This document shows, one piece after another, positions 1 to 8,637 of a DNA stretch of 36,945 nucleotides (positions within the stretch are counted from its first letter, which is position 1; each line of letters begins with the position of its first letter). The position numbers and the translations under genes were made by a program. This DNA is from a virus (taxonomy: Duplodnaviria; Caudoviricetes): positions 1-36,945 of the IMG/VR virus record IMGVR_UViG_3300016469_000254, one strand, 5' to 3'. The notes beneath the pieces were generated by a model. That model had not been told where the DNA came from. It worked only from the letters and a program-made list of their open reading frames with translations, and ran no database searches.

Positions 1-2
1 GC

Positions 3-653
3 TATGTATTTGGCGCATTTACTGTTGCCAGCACGTCATCGGTTAGCGCGTCCGCTAACGTCGTTAAAAGCGCCTCGTTTAGCGTCGCGGCATCTACATC
101 TGCTTCTGTTGCAGCGCAGCGGATTGCTATTGCATCCAGTGCCATAGCGGCAGAATCGACCTCCAGCGTCTCCGCGCTACGCTACGCCATTGGTGCCTTT
201 ACGGCGGCCAGCTCTTCTGTCGCCAGCATTTCCGCGGTGCGCTACGCCATTGGCGCCTTTGCCGCGAATGACGAAAGCGCCATGTCGGTCTCGGCGATCC
301 GGGTGCCGCTGGTTAGTATCCTGATAGACGCCTGGGCTGACATGACTGTCAGCACCAGCGTTATCGTGAATCAGGCGCTAACGATTAGCGCCGAATCGGC
401 GGCTTCCATTAATGGCATTCGTATCCAGCCTTGCGCGATATTGAGCGCATCTGAGTCTGGCATGACGCTCAATGCTGTTCTAAAATGGGTCGCAGAATCT
501 GACACGGCAGAAACATGGACGAGCATCCCGGACCAAGGCGAGGTCTGGACTGCGGTTTCTGACGCCTCGACAAGTTGGGCCGAGCAAAGCGACACCCCTG
601 AGACTTGGACGCCTATCCCTGAGAATTCCGAAACTTGGCAGCTTGCTGCATGA
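3..653 (+). CDS. 5'-truncated virion/tail protein with Ala/Ser-rich 20-aa repeats and Trp-repeat C-terminus
   Basis: Frame is open from position 3 (YVFGAFTVAST...), upstream of the track start at 237. A 60-nt periodic repeat is visible (171-200 vs 231-260), followed by C-terminal ETWT-type repeats. Lies directly upstream of the tail fibre gene. Confidence 0.7.
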   Translation, partial: YVFGAFTVASTSSVSASANVVKSASFSVAASTSASVAAQRIAIASSAIAAESTSSVSALRYAIGAFTAASSSVASISAVRYAIGAFAANDESAMSVSAIRVPLVSILIDAWADMTVSTSVIVNQALTISAESAASINGIRIQPCAILSASESGMTLNAVLKWVAESDTAETWTSIPDQGEVWTAVSDASTSWAEQSDTPETWTPIPENSETWQLAA

Positions 654-661
654 GGTAATAA

Positions 662-1363
662 ATGGCTGATACGACCACAACTAACTTGCTGCTGACCAAG
701 CCCGAGGTCGGCGCCTCAACTGATACTTGGGGCACCAAGATCAACACGGATCTGGACAGCATTGATGCTGTCTTTGCTGCCGCAGGTAACGGCACTTCTG
801 TGGGCCTTAATGTCGGGTCTGGCAAGACGCTCACGGTTGCCGGGACGCTGACGGCGTCTGGGACCGTGACGCTGCCTGCGGCCGCTACGGCGGGCGGCGC
901 CACGATCGTCACCGTCAGCGGCACGCAGACCCTGACGAACAAGACCCTGACGACCCCCGCCATCAGCGGCGGCACTCTGAACGATGCCGTCATCGGCGGC
1001 TCGACGCCCGCGGCTGCGACGTTCACGACGCTGACGGCTACTGGCGACGTGAACTTCACGGGCACGGGCGCGGTGCAGGTTCCGTCCGGTACGACGGGCC
1101 AGCGCCCGGCCGGCACGACCGGCGACTTCCGGTTCAACTCCTCTCTCGCCAAGTTTGAGGGTTACAACGGCACGGCCTGGGGTGCTGTGGGGGGCGGCGC
1201 GACTGGCGGCGGGTCGGACGAAATCTTCGTCGAGAACGGCCAGACCGTGACGACGAGCTACACGATCACGACCAACAAGAACGCCATGTCGGCCGGGCCG
1301 ATCTCTATTAATTCCGGGGTGGTCGTAACAGTCCCCTCCGGCAGCACGTGGACGGTGGTCTGA
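662..1363 (+). CDS. Tail fibre protein (proximal/anchor)
   Basis: SD GAGG upstream; N-terminal [16 protein letters not shown] anchor motif; QTLTNKTL and [15 protein letters not shown] motifs typical of phage tail fibres; Thr/Gly-rich. Confidence 0.85.
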   Translation: MADTTTTNLLLTKPEVGASTDTWGTKINTDLDSIDAVFAAAGNGTSVGLNVGSGKTLTVAGTLTASGTVTLPAAATAGGATIVTVSGTQTLTNKTLTTPAISGGTLNDAVIGGSTPAAATFTTLTATGDVNFTGTGAVQVPSGTTGQRPAGTTGDFRFNSSLAKFEGYNGTAWGAVGGGATGGGSDEIFVENGQTVTTSYTITTNKNAMSAGPISINSGVVVTVPSGSTWTVV

Positions 1364-1365
1364 CC

Positions 1366-1944
1366 ATGCCCCTGAAGCTCAACTCCTCTGGTGGCGGCAG
1401 CGTCACCCTCGACGTGCCCAGCACGGCTAGCGACTTCACCGCGACCGTCCCGGCAAACACCGGCACCCTCGTTACCACCGGCAGCACGGCTGCTGTGACG
1501 CAGGGGATGCTGGCGTCTGGCGTGGCGGGCAATGGCCCTGCGTTTAGTGCGCACCTTGGCAGCAATCAGTCGCTCTCAAACAACGTCTTTACCAAACTCA
1601 ACATCAACGTAGAGGCGTTCGATACCAATAACTGCTACAACACCTCTCTCTACAGGTTTACGCCAAACGTTGCGGGTTACTACTTTGTGACCGGCACTAT
1701 GACGTGTATCAACTCTGTATATGTTGTTGTATACATCTACAAGAACGGCAACCTACTCAAAGAGGGCGTCCAGGGCGCCGCGATAAATGCACCGTATCGA
1801 ACCAATGTTAGCGGCTTGATTTACATGAACGGCACAACCGATTTCTTGGAGCTTTACGGTCTTCAGGCGGGCGGTTCTTCTTTTGACGCGCTTGCTGGCG
1901 CAGGGCCTACTTTCTTCGACGCATTTATGGCGAGGGCCGCATGA
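1366..1944 (+). CDS. Tail fibre / receptor-binding protein with C1q-like head domain
   Basis: ATG at 1366 follows the upstream stop. The PAFSA...FDTNNCYN...RFTPNVAGYYFV...IYKNG...MNGTTDFLELY pattern is C1q/TNF-like. Confidence 0.75.
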   Translation: MPLKLNSSGGGSVTLDVPSTASDFTATVPANTGTLVTTGSTAAVTQGMLASGVAGNGPAFSAHLGSNQSLSNNVFTKLNINVEAFDTNNCYNTSLYRFTPNVAGYYFVTGTMTCINSVYVVVYIYKNGNLLKEGVQGAAINAPYRTNVSGLIYMNGTTDFLELYGLQAGGSSFDALAGAGPTFFDAFMARAA

Positions 1945-2120
1945 TGACCCTCTACGACCGCATCATCGCGATCTACCCCGACCTGACGACGCAGGACTTC
2001 CTGACCGTCATCCGGCTCCAGAACGACAGCGACGGGCGTGGCGACTACATCGCCGCCTGGAACCACCCGACGCTCCCGCGCCCGACGCAGGAACAGCTTG
2101 ACGCAGTGGAGGCCAACTGA
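1941..2120 (+). CDS. XkdW-like small tail-fibre-associated protein (59 aa, absent from ORF track)
   Basis: Hand translation MMTLYDRIIAIYPDLTTQDFLTVIRLQNDSDGRGDYIAAWNHPTLPRPTQEQLDAVEAN. Overlaps both neighbours (ATGA, TGATG). LQNDSDGRGDYI..W..P motif. Confidence 0.75.
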   Translation: MMTLYDRIIAIYPDLTTQDFLTVIRLQNDSDGRGDYIAAWNHPTLPRPTQEQLDAVEAN

Positions 2121-3040
2121 TGCCCCTCATTCTGAATGGAAGCACCGGCATCTCCGGCACGGACGGCAGCGCTGGCACGCCTGCGGTGCAGGGCACCGAC
2201 AACAACACTGGGATGTTCTTCCCGGCGGCTGACCAGATCGCCTTCGCTGAGGGCGGCGTTGAGGCGATGCGGCTGAATGCGGCGGGCAACATGGGCATCG
2301 GGACGACGACGCCATCTGTTCGGCTGTCTGTGCCTGTGCCCACGCAGAATGTCGGGACGTCAAATGTGTTCCGCATATTTGACGACGGCGCTGCCTCAAG
2401 CTCAACGAACAACAATTCGTATGGCATGGGTATGGATACCGATACCGGGCGGTTTGCGTTTACCGCCGGGAACGGGGGTGCCTTCGCATTTTTCACGGCA
2501 AACACTGAACGCGCTCGCATCACCCCTAACGGCGATCTGCTTGTAGGAACGCCGAATGCCTTCGGCGCGTCAACTGGTGGCCTGCAAATTCAGAATGGCG
2601 GCGAGCAAATACGCATTAAGAACGCCAACAACGCCGGGTTCTGGCGTATGACCGCCGACAATAACAACACCGTTTACATCATCAACCAAAGCACGCTTGG
2701 CGTGTTTATGGCAAACGGCGCATCGGCGTGGTCCGGCCTGTCTGATGAGCGGGCAAAGGACATTATTGAGCCAATTCAAGACGCCGCCAACAAGGTTTCC
2801 CAGCTTCGTGCGGTGATCGGGAAGTACAAGGTGGATGAGGAGGGCAAGCGACGGCCCTTCCTCATCGCGCAGGACGTGCAGGCGGTGCTGCCGGAAGCCG
2901 TGAGCATCGCTGACCCGGAGACGGGTCATCTTGGGCTTGCCTATACCGAAGTGATCCCTCTGCTCACCGCTGCCTTGCAAGAGGCGCTGACCGAGATCGC
3001 CGCGCTCAAGGCCCGCGTGGCCGCGCTGGAGGCCCGCTGA
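2120..3040 (+). CDS. Tail fibre with C-terminal intramolecular chaperone (peptidase S74-type)
   Basis: GNMGIGTTTP and TANTERARIT shaft repeats; SDERAK autocleavage motif at 2741, then LIAQDVQAVLPEAV and a terminal coiled coil. Confidence 0.88.
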   Translation: MPLILNGSTGISGTDGSAGTPAVQGTDNNTGMFFPAADQIAFAEGGVEAMRLNAAGNMGIGTTTPSVRLSVPVPTQNVGTSNVFRIFDDGAASSSTNNNSYGMGMDTDTGRFAFTAGNGGAFAFFTANTERARITPNGDLLVGTPNAFGASTGGLQIQNGGEQIRIKNANNAGFWRMTADNNNTVYIINQSTLGVFMANGASAWSGLSDERAKDIIEPIQDAANKVSQLRAVIGKYKVDEEGKRRPFLIAQDVQAVLPEAVSIADPETGHLGLAYTEVIPLLTAALQEALTEIAALKARVAALEAR

Positions 3041-4194
3041 TGTCCACAGTTTCCGTTATCAACGTCAAGCACCCCAGCAGCGCCAGCAACAACATCGTGC
3101 TGGACAGCAGCGGCAACGCGACGTTCGCGGGCACCGCCGCGATGGCGAGCAGCTTCCTGCGGAACCGGATCATCAACGGCGACATGCGGATTGACCAGCG
3201 CAATGCTGGGGCGAGCGTCAACACATCGTCTGCTACTAGCGGAGCGTTTCAGCTAGATCGCTGGAAGACGTTTGTGGCTGGCAGCATGGTTGTGGCCGTT
3301 CAGCAGTCGTCTATTGCGCCAACTGGATTTACAAACAGTACGGCCTACACCGTCTCTACCGCCGATGCCTCTATAGCGGCTGGTGACCTATATGTCATCG
3401 AGCAGCCGATTGAGGGGTTTAACTGCTACGATCTCAACTTCGGAGCGTCTCCCGCTTCGACCGTCACCCTGTCGTTCTGGGTTCGCAGTTCCATAACTGG
3501 CACATACTGCGGTGCGCTGGGCAATTCGGCTGAAAACCGCTCTTATGTGTTTGCGTTCTCGGTGAACTCTGCGAACACTTGGGAACAAAAGACAATCGCC
3601 ATCCCAGGCGATACGGCAGGCACTTGGCTGACCAACAACGGAATTGGCATTCGCGTTCGGGTAACCCTTGGCGCAGGGTCCAACTTTCAGGGCACGGCAA
3701 ATGCCTGGAGCGGCGCAAACCTGTTTGCCACGGCATCGCAAACGCAATGGGTTTCGACCAACGGCGCGACCTTCTACCTGACCGGCGTCCAGCTTGAGGT
3801 CGGCACTGCGGCCACGCCGTTCGAGCGGCGGCAGTTTGGGCAGGAACTGGCGCTGTGCCAGCGGTACTTTCAAAAAAGCTATGACCTAAACCTAGCATTG
3901 GGGTCTATTGAGCAGATCGGCTCTGTTCAAACGTCCGCAGATGTCACTGTGTTTTACAAAAACTTCGGTCCTATACGCTTGATGGGACCGATGCGCGTGC
4001 GACCGTCTATAACAGCCTACAACCCAGTTACCGGCAGCACGACCAACCCCGTTCGCAATGCAAATGTGGGGACAAATCTCCCACTCGTAGTCTACGATAT
4101 TGGGCAAAATTTCTTTAGTGCTTTCATAGACAACGTTTCTACTGTAGCGGGTGCGCTCTTGCAATTTCACTATTCAGCATTTGCGGAACTCTGA
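3040..4194 (+). CDS. Tail fibre / carbohydrate-binding receptor protein
   Basis: RNRIINGDMRIDQRN, TLSFWVRSS and GVQLEVGTAATPFERR...ELALCQRY motifs common in phage tail adhesins. Confidence 0.8.
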   Translation: MSTVSVINVKHPSSASNNIVLDSSGNATFAGTAAMASSFLRNRIINGDMRIDQRNAGASVNTSSATSGAFQLDRWKTFVAGSMVVAVQQSSIAPTGFTNSTAYTVSTADASIAAGDLYVIEQPIEGFNCYDLNFGASPASTVTLSFWVRSSITGTYCGALGNSAENRSYVFAFSVNSANTWEQKTIAIPGDTAGTWLTNNGIGIRVRVTLGAGSNFQGTANAWSGANLFATASQTQWVSTNGATFYLTGVQLEVGTAATPFERRQFGQELALCQRYFQKSYDLNLALGSIEQIGSVQTSADVTVFYKNFGPIRLMGPMRVRPSITAYNPVTGSTTNPVRNANVGTNLPLVVYDIGQNFFSAFIDNVSTVAGALLQFHYSAFAEL

Positions 4195-4197
4195 GCC

Positions 4198-4368
4198 ATG
4201 TATACCAACGCCCAATACTACAACGTCCCGGGTGTCAGCCCCGCAGGTATCCGCTGCGACATCAACGGCGTGACGAGTTTCGTGCCGCTGGATGAAGCAA
4301 ACACCGACTATCAGAACATCATGGCCCTGGTTGCGGCTGGCGAACTGACCATCGCCCCTGCGGAGTGA
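4198..4368 (+). CDS. Small tail-fibre assembly-like protein (56 aa, absent from ORF track)
   Basis: Hand translation MYTNAQYYNVPGVSPAGIRCDINGVTSFVPLDEANTDYQNIMALVAAGELTIAPAE. The P-x-D-x-x-N-x-D-Y motif is typical of genes following such fibres, and the ORF fills the gap exactly. Confidence 0.75.
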   Translation: MYTNAQYYNVPGVSPAGIRCDINGVTSFVPLDEANTDYQNIMALVAAGELTIAPAE

Positions 4369-4370
4369 CG

Positions 4371-4601
4371 ATGACCCAAGACCTCTACAACATCATCGTC
4401 GGGGTCGCTGGCGCCGCAATCGGATGGATTCTTAAAGTGGTTTGGGACTCGGTGCGCGAGTTGCAGGCCGACATGAAGGAAATCGAGAAGGAACTGCACA
4501 CCGAGTACGTCAGCAAGCACGACTACCGGGCTGACATTATTGAGGTGAAGGAAATCCTCAAGCAGATTTTCGAGCGGCTGGATCGCAAGGCCGACAAGTG
4601 A
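4371..4601 (+). CDS. Small single-TM membrane protein with coiled coil (holin/antiholin-like)
   Basis: Hydrophobic N-terminus IIVGVAGAAIGWILKVVW, charged tail ending RLDRKADK; first gene of the lysis cluster; SD GGAG. Confidence 0.6.
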   Translation: MTQDLYNIIVGVAGAAIGWILKVVWDSVRELQADMKEIEKELHTEYVSKHDYRADIIEVKEILKQIFERLDRKADK

Positions 4602-5062
4602 TGGAACTGCCGAAGCTCACGCCTGTTGTGCAATTCGCCACGGCGACCTTCGCGCTCGCCGTCGGCGGATACACGGCCGGCGAGAAGTTCGGCTGGTTCC
4701 GCAATGAGATCATCACCTGGACGCCAGAACACTTCCGCATCTCCGACGCCAAGATCGGAGAGCCGATCACCGTCACCGTCGCCCGCATCAAGCGCCGCGA
4801 CGATTGCTCCGTCGAGGGCTTCAACGTCACCGTCCGCGACGGCATGGGCGTCGTCCATGAAGCCGCGCCCAGCATGACGCGCTTCACCGGCCCCGCCGGC
4901 CCCGAGATCGACACCTTCACCTACACGCTGACCATCGCGCCCGATCGCGTCTCGCCAGGCCGCGCGACCCTGCTCGCCACCATTCGCTACAAGTGCCCGG
5001 AGGGCGAGCGCACCGTCACCTATCCCCGGCATCCTAACCTCACCTTCGCGCTGGAGCGGTGA
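4598..5062 (+). CDS. Membrane-anchored hypothetical protein in lysis cassette
   Basis: N-terminal hydrophobic stretch, beta-rich body with two Cys; C/G-ending codons; coupled to the upstream gene. Confidence 0.6.
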   Translation: MMELPKLTPVVQFATATFALAVGGYTAGEKFGWFRNEIITWTPEHFRISDAKIGEPITVTVARIKRRDDCSVEGFNVTVRDGMGVVHEAAPSMTRFTGPAGPEIDTFTYTLTIAPDRVSPGRATLLATIRYKCPEGERTVTYPRHPNLTFALER

Positions 5063-5063
5063 C

Positions 5064-5582
5064 ATGGACCAGCTGCTGAACCTCGTCCGCACCGTCGCCC
5101 CAACTCTCGCCACGGCCGTCGGTGGCCCGCTCGCCGGCATGGCCACGCGCGTCATCTCAGAGGCCCTGCTGGGCAAGCCTGACGCCACCGAGGCCGAGCT
5201 GGTCGAGGCCGCGAAGGCAGCCACGCCCGAGCAGCTGCTGGCGCTCAAGAAGGCCGAGCAGGACTTCGCCGTCCGCATGCGCGAGCTGGACGTCGACCTC
5301 GAGCGCATCGCCCAGGCCGATCGGGCCTCCGCCCGCGAGCGCGAGGTGAAGACAGGCGACTGGACGCCCCGGCTCCTGGCGGCCTCTGTGACGATCGGCT
5401 TCTTCGGCGTGCTCGGCTACATGATCCAGCACGGCCTGCCGCAGCATGGCGGCGAGGCGATGCTGGTCATGCTGGGCACGCTTGGGACCGCCTGGGGCGC
5501 GATTATGAACTACTACTTCGGCTCAAGCGCGGGGTCGAAGGAGAAGACCGACGCGATCAACCAGATGGTGAAGCCGCGATGA
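5064..5582 (+). CDS. Putative holin (GTA 3TM-holin-like)
   Basis: APTLATAVGGP N-terminus, DRASARERE, two C-terminal TM segments, YYFGSS motif; overlaps the endolysin start. Confidence 0.7.
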   Translation: MDQLLNLVRTVAPTLATAVGGPLAGMATRVISEALLGKPDATEAELVEAAKAATPEQLLALKKAEQDFAVRMRELDVDLERIAQADRASAREREVKTGDWTPRLLAASVTIGFFGVLGYMIQHGLPQHGGEAMLVMLGTLGTAWGAIMNYYFGSSAGSKEKTDAINQMVKPR

Positions 5583-6115
5583 GGGGCAATTTCGAGCCGG
5601 CCCTGGAGGCGGTGCTGAAGCACGAAGGCGGCTTCGTGAACCACCCCCGCGACCCGGGCGGCATGACGAACCTGGGTGTGACGAAGCGCGTCTGGGAGGA
5701 GTGGGTCGGGCGCCAGGTGACTGAAGAGGAGATGCGCGCCCTGACGCCCGAGGCGGTCGAGCCGCTGTACCGGGCCCGCTACTGGGACGCGGTGCGGGGC
5801 GACGACCTGCCTGCTGGGGTCGACTACGCGGTCTTCGACTGCGCCGTGAACTCCGGCCCCCGGCGCGCGATTATCTTCGCCCAGAGGGTTGCGTCTGTGA
5901 CGCAAGACGGTGTCCTGGGGCCTAAGACGCTGGCGGCGATCGAGGCCTACTGCAAAAAGGAGGGGGCGGACACCTTCGTCGAGGTGTATAGCGAAGAGCG
6001 CGAGGCCTTCCTCCGGCGCCTGCCGACTTTCGCGGTCTTTGGCCGCGGCTGGACGCGACGGGTGGCGGATGTCGAGATGTACGCCTCGCGCATGGTCGAG
6101 AAGGGGATGGCCTGA
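5579..6115 (+). CDS. Endolysin, glycoside hydrolase family 108 with C-terminal peptidoglycan-binding region
   Basis: HEGGFVNHPRDPGGMTNLGVT catalytic motif, FDCAVNSG, DGVLGPKTL, FGRGWTRRV. Confidence 0.93.
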   Translation: MRGNFEPALEAVLKHEGGFVNHPRDPGGMTNLGVTKRVWEEWVGRQVTEEEMRALTPEAVEPLYRARYWDAVRGDDLPAGVDYAVFDCAVNSGPRRAIIFAQRVASVTQDGVLGPKTLAAIEAYCKKEGADTFVEVYSEEREAFLRRLPTFAVFGRGWTRRVADVEMYASRMVEKGMA

Positions 6116-8076
6116 TGCCTCTCGCCGCGCTGAAAATCCCGCCGGGCGTTGTAAAGCCTGCCACGCCGCTGCAAGCGGAAGGGCGTTTCTGGGACGCGAA
6201 CCTGGTACGCTGGCGCGCTGGCAAGTTGCTGCCCGTGGGCGGCTGGCAGCGCATCTCCAGCGCGCCGCTCGACAGCACGGTGCGCGCCATCTTTGCCTGG
6301 TCGGACCTGGGCAATAACCCGTATTCGGTCTACGGCTGCGAAGACAAGCTCTACGTCCTGACGGCTTCCGGTTTCACCGACATCACGCCGGCGGGCTACC
6401 TGCCGGCCGATGTCGGGCAGTACGGCGGCTACGGCGCGTCAGACTATGGCGAACTGCTCTACGGCCTTGACTACGCGCTGCGAGACATCACCACCGCGGT
6501 ACGCTCCTCCAACGTCGTGACCATTACAACGGCCACGCCGCACGGTTACCCGGTTGGCATGTCGGTGCTGATCGCCGGCGTCACCGACACCTCGTTCAAC
6601 GGCACTTTCACGATCGCCAGTGTGCCGACCAGCACGACCTTCACCTATGCTCAGACGGCCGCAAACGCCTCGTCTTCGGGCGGCACGGCTGCGCTGCCGG
6701 TAGCTGACCGGCGTCCTCAGAACCTGCTCTACGCGCAATCTTTCTCTTGGACGTTCGACAACTGGGGGGAAGACGTGTTGGCTGTCGCGTCTAGCGACGG
6801 GCGGCTGCTGCACTACAACGTGGGTGAGCCGGTGGCGGGACCTGTCGGAACGAGCGCGATCGTAAACATCGTCCGCGTGGCCAACGTCTGCACCGTCACG
6901 ACGCAGGACCATCACGGCTACGCCGTCAGCGAAAGCGTCAATATTTCCGGCAACTCATTCGGCGCCTTCAACGGCACTCGGACGGTCACGTCGGTGCCCA
7001 GCCTGACGACGTTCACCTTTGCCCTGTCTGGGACCGACACTACGGGCACGGGCGGCACGGTCGCAACGACGAAACCGATCCCGGTCGATAACCGCGCCGT
7101 GATCGTCACGCCAGAGCGCCATGCCGTGCTAATTGGCGCTGAGGGCAACCCCCGGCGGGTCGCATGGTCCTCGCGCGAGAACTACACCGATTGGGACTTC
7201 GCCTCGACGACCAACACCGCGGGCTTCCTCGACCTCGATACCGAAAGCATCCTGATCATGTGCGCGCCTGTGCGCGAGGGGACGCTTATCTGGACGGAGA
7301 ACGAGGCGTGGCTGATGCGCTTCATCGGCCTACCCTACATCTACTCGATCGACCGGATCGGCTTTAACTGCGGCCTAATGTCGCCCAAGGCCTTCGCAAC
7401 GGTAGCCGGGCGCTGCATCTGGATGGGCAAGGAAAACTTCTGGATTTACGACGGCGGCGTCGTAAAGCCCTTGGCGTGCGACGTGGGCGCCTATGTGTTC
7501 GACAACATCGACCCCGGCGCCGGCCCGCTCTACACGCACGGCACCGAGAACGGCGTCTTCCCGGAGGCTTGGTTCTGGTTCCCGTCTCAGGGCTCAACCG
7601 CCCCCGATCTGTGCGTATACTATAACTACCAAGAGCAGTGGTGGGGCATCGGCAGCACGATGACGCGCACGGCGGCCTACAGCGCCGGCGTTTACCCCTA
7701 CCCGCTGGCGTCCGACGAAGATGGCAACATCTACTATCAGGAGGACGGCTGGACCGCCGCCGGCCTGCCCATCCAGACGGACCGCTACGCCGAGACGGGC
7801 GCGCTCAATATCCAGAACGGCACGGCGCTGTCCTTCGTCCGTCAGGTTCTAACCGACAGCGGCTACGGTTACGACAGCACGCAGTTGACCTTCTTCTCGT
7901 CCTTTACTCCCGAGGGTTCCGAGACGGCGTCTGGGCCCTACAACCCGCGGTCTGACGGCTACACCGACGTCCGGGTGACAGGGCGGGATTTCCGGGTGAA
8001 GATCGCGTCGACCAAGGACGCCGAGTGGAGCATTGGCCAGATGCGGCTTGATTTCGTCCCGAAGGGCGGCCGATGA
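6115..8076 (+). CDS. Tail nozzle / DNA-stabilisation protein (P22 gp10-like) with two inserted beta domains
   Basis: 653 aa; early GGW motif, VAWS, CGLMSPKA, WMG..NFWIYDGGVVKPLAC, WFWFPS, YNYQEQWW, C-terminal GR-x-F...GGR; position before the ejection genes. Confidence 0.8.
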   Translation: MPLAALKIPPGVVKPATPLQAEGRFWDANLVRWRAGKLLPVGGWQRISSAPLDSTVRAIFAWSDLGNNPYSVYGCEDKLYVLTASGFTDITPAGYLPADVGQYGGYGASDYGELLYGLDYALRDITTAVRSSNVVTITTATPHGYPVGMSVLIAGVTDTSFNGTFTIASVPTSTTFTYAQTAANASSSGGTAALPVADRRPQNLLYAQSFSWTFDNWGEDVLAVASSDGRLLHYNVGEPVAGPVGTSAIVNIVRVANVCTVTTQDHHGYAVSESVNISGNSFGAFNGTRTVTSVPSLTTFTFALSGTDTTGTGGTVATTKPIPVDNRAVIVTPERHAVLIGAEGNPRRVAWSSRENYTDWDFASTTNTAGFLDLDTESILIMCAPVREGTLIWTENEAWLMRFIGLPYIYSIDRIGFNCGLMSPKAFATVAGRCIWMGKENFWIYDGGVVKPLACDVGAYVFDNIDPGAGPLYTHGTENGVFPEAWFWFPSQGSTAPDLCVYYNYQEQWWGIGSTMTRTAAYSAGVYPYPLASDEDGNIYYQEDGWTAAGLPIQTDRYAETGALNIQNGTALSFVRQVLTDSGYGYDSTQLTFFSSFTPEGSETASGPYNPRSDGYTDVRVTGRDFRVKIASTKDAEWSIGQMRLDFVPKGGR

Positions 8077-8303
8077 GGGCCAACCTACCCCCCGCGCCAG
8101 ACAGGTACGACCCCGCCTACTTCAGCCGGGCCTTCGCCGGGCTTGATCAGGCCCTTAGCCAGACTGTGACAAAGATTGAAGCCGTCCAGTCGGTTTTGCT
8201 TCAAGCGCCGAACGGCTCGGTCTATAAATTGACCGTAGACAATGCAGGGAACCTAGTAACAACGGCGGTGGCTCTTGGACAAACAGGCGCTCCTCCTTAC
8301 TAG
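8073..8303 (+). CDS. Small tail protein (needle/plug-like)
   Basis: LPPAPDRYD N-terminus and LQAPNGSVYKLTVDNAGNL motif; coupled to the nozzle gene. Confidence 0.6.
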   Translation: MRANLPPAPDRYDPAYFSRAFAGLDQALSQTVTKIEAVQSVLLQAPNGSVYKLTVDNAGNLVTTAVALGQTGAPPY

Positions 8304-8637
8304 GATGCGGAAGGCGCTGCGTCTGGGCAGCGACACGCACACCCTAGAAGACCTGGTCGAAGCCCTTCGCAAAGGGGAGATGCAGGCGCACTACAACGAT
8401 CGGGCGATTATGATTACGGAAATCGCCCAGTCGCCACGACGGCGGTTTGTGCATGTGTTTCTGTCTGCTGGCGAGCTTGATGGTGTCATCGAGCTTATGG
8501 AGCAGGTGGAGAAGTGGGCAATCGCCCAGGGATGCGAGTTTGCGCGGGCCTGCGTCCGCCCAGGGTACGAGCCGGTCTTGAAGGCCCGGGGCTGGAAGCG
8601 GCGCATGATTATGATGGAGTACCACCCCAATGGGTAG
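8275..8637 (+). CDS. GNAT-fold virion assembly protein (P22 gp14/T7 gp13-like position)
   Basis: HVFLSAGEL...WAIAQGC...RPGY pattern; syntenic position just before the ejection proteins; TTG start is uncertain. Confidence 0.65.
   Translation: MDKQALLLTRMRKALRLGSDTHTLEDLVEALRKGEMQAHYNDRAIMITEIAQSPRRRFVHVFLSAGELDGVIELMEQVEKWAIAQGCEFARACVRPGYEPVLKARGWKRRMIMMEYHPNG

Noticed and set aside
1366-4194. Diversity-generating retroelement or invertible tail-fibre switch
   Set aside because: No reverse transcriptase, invertase, or template/variable repeat pair was seen.
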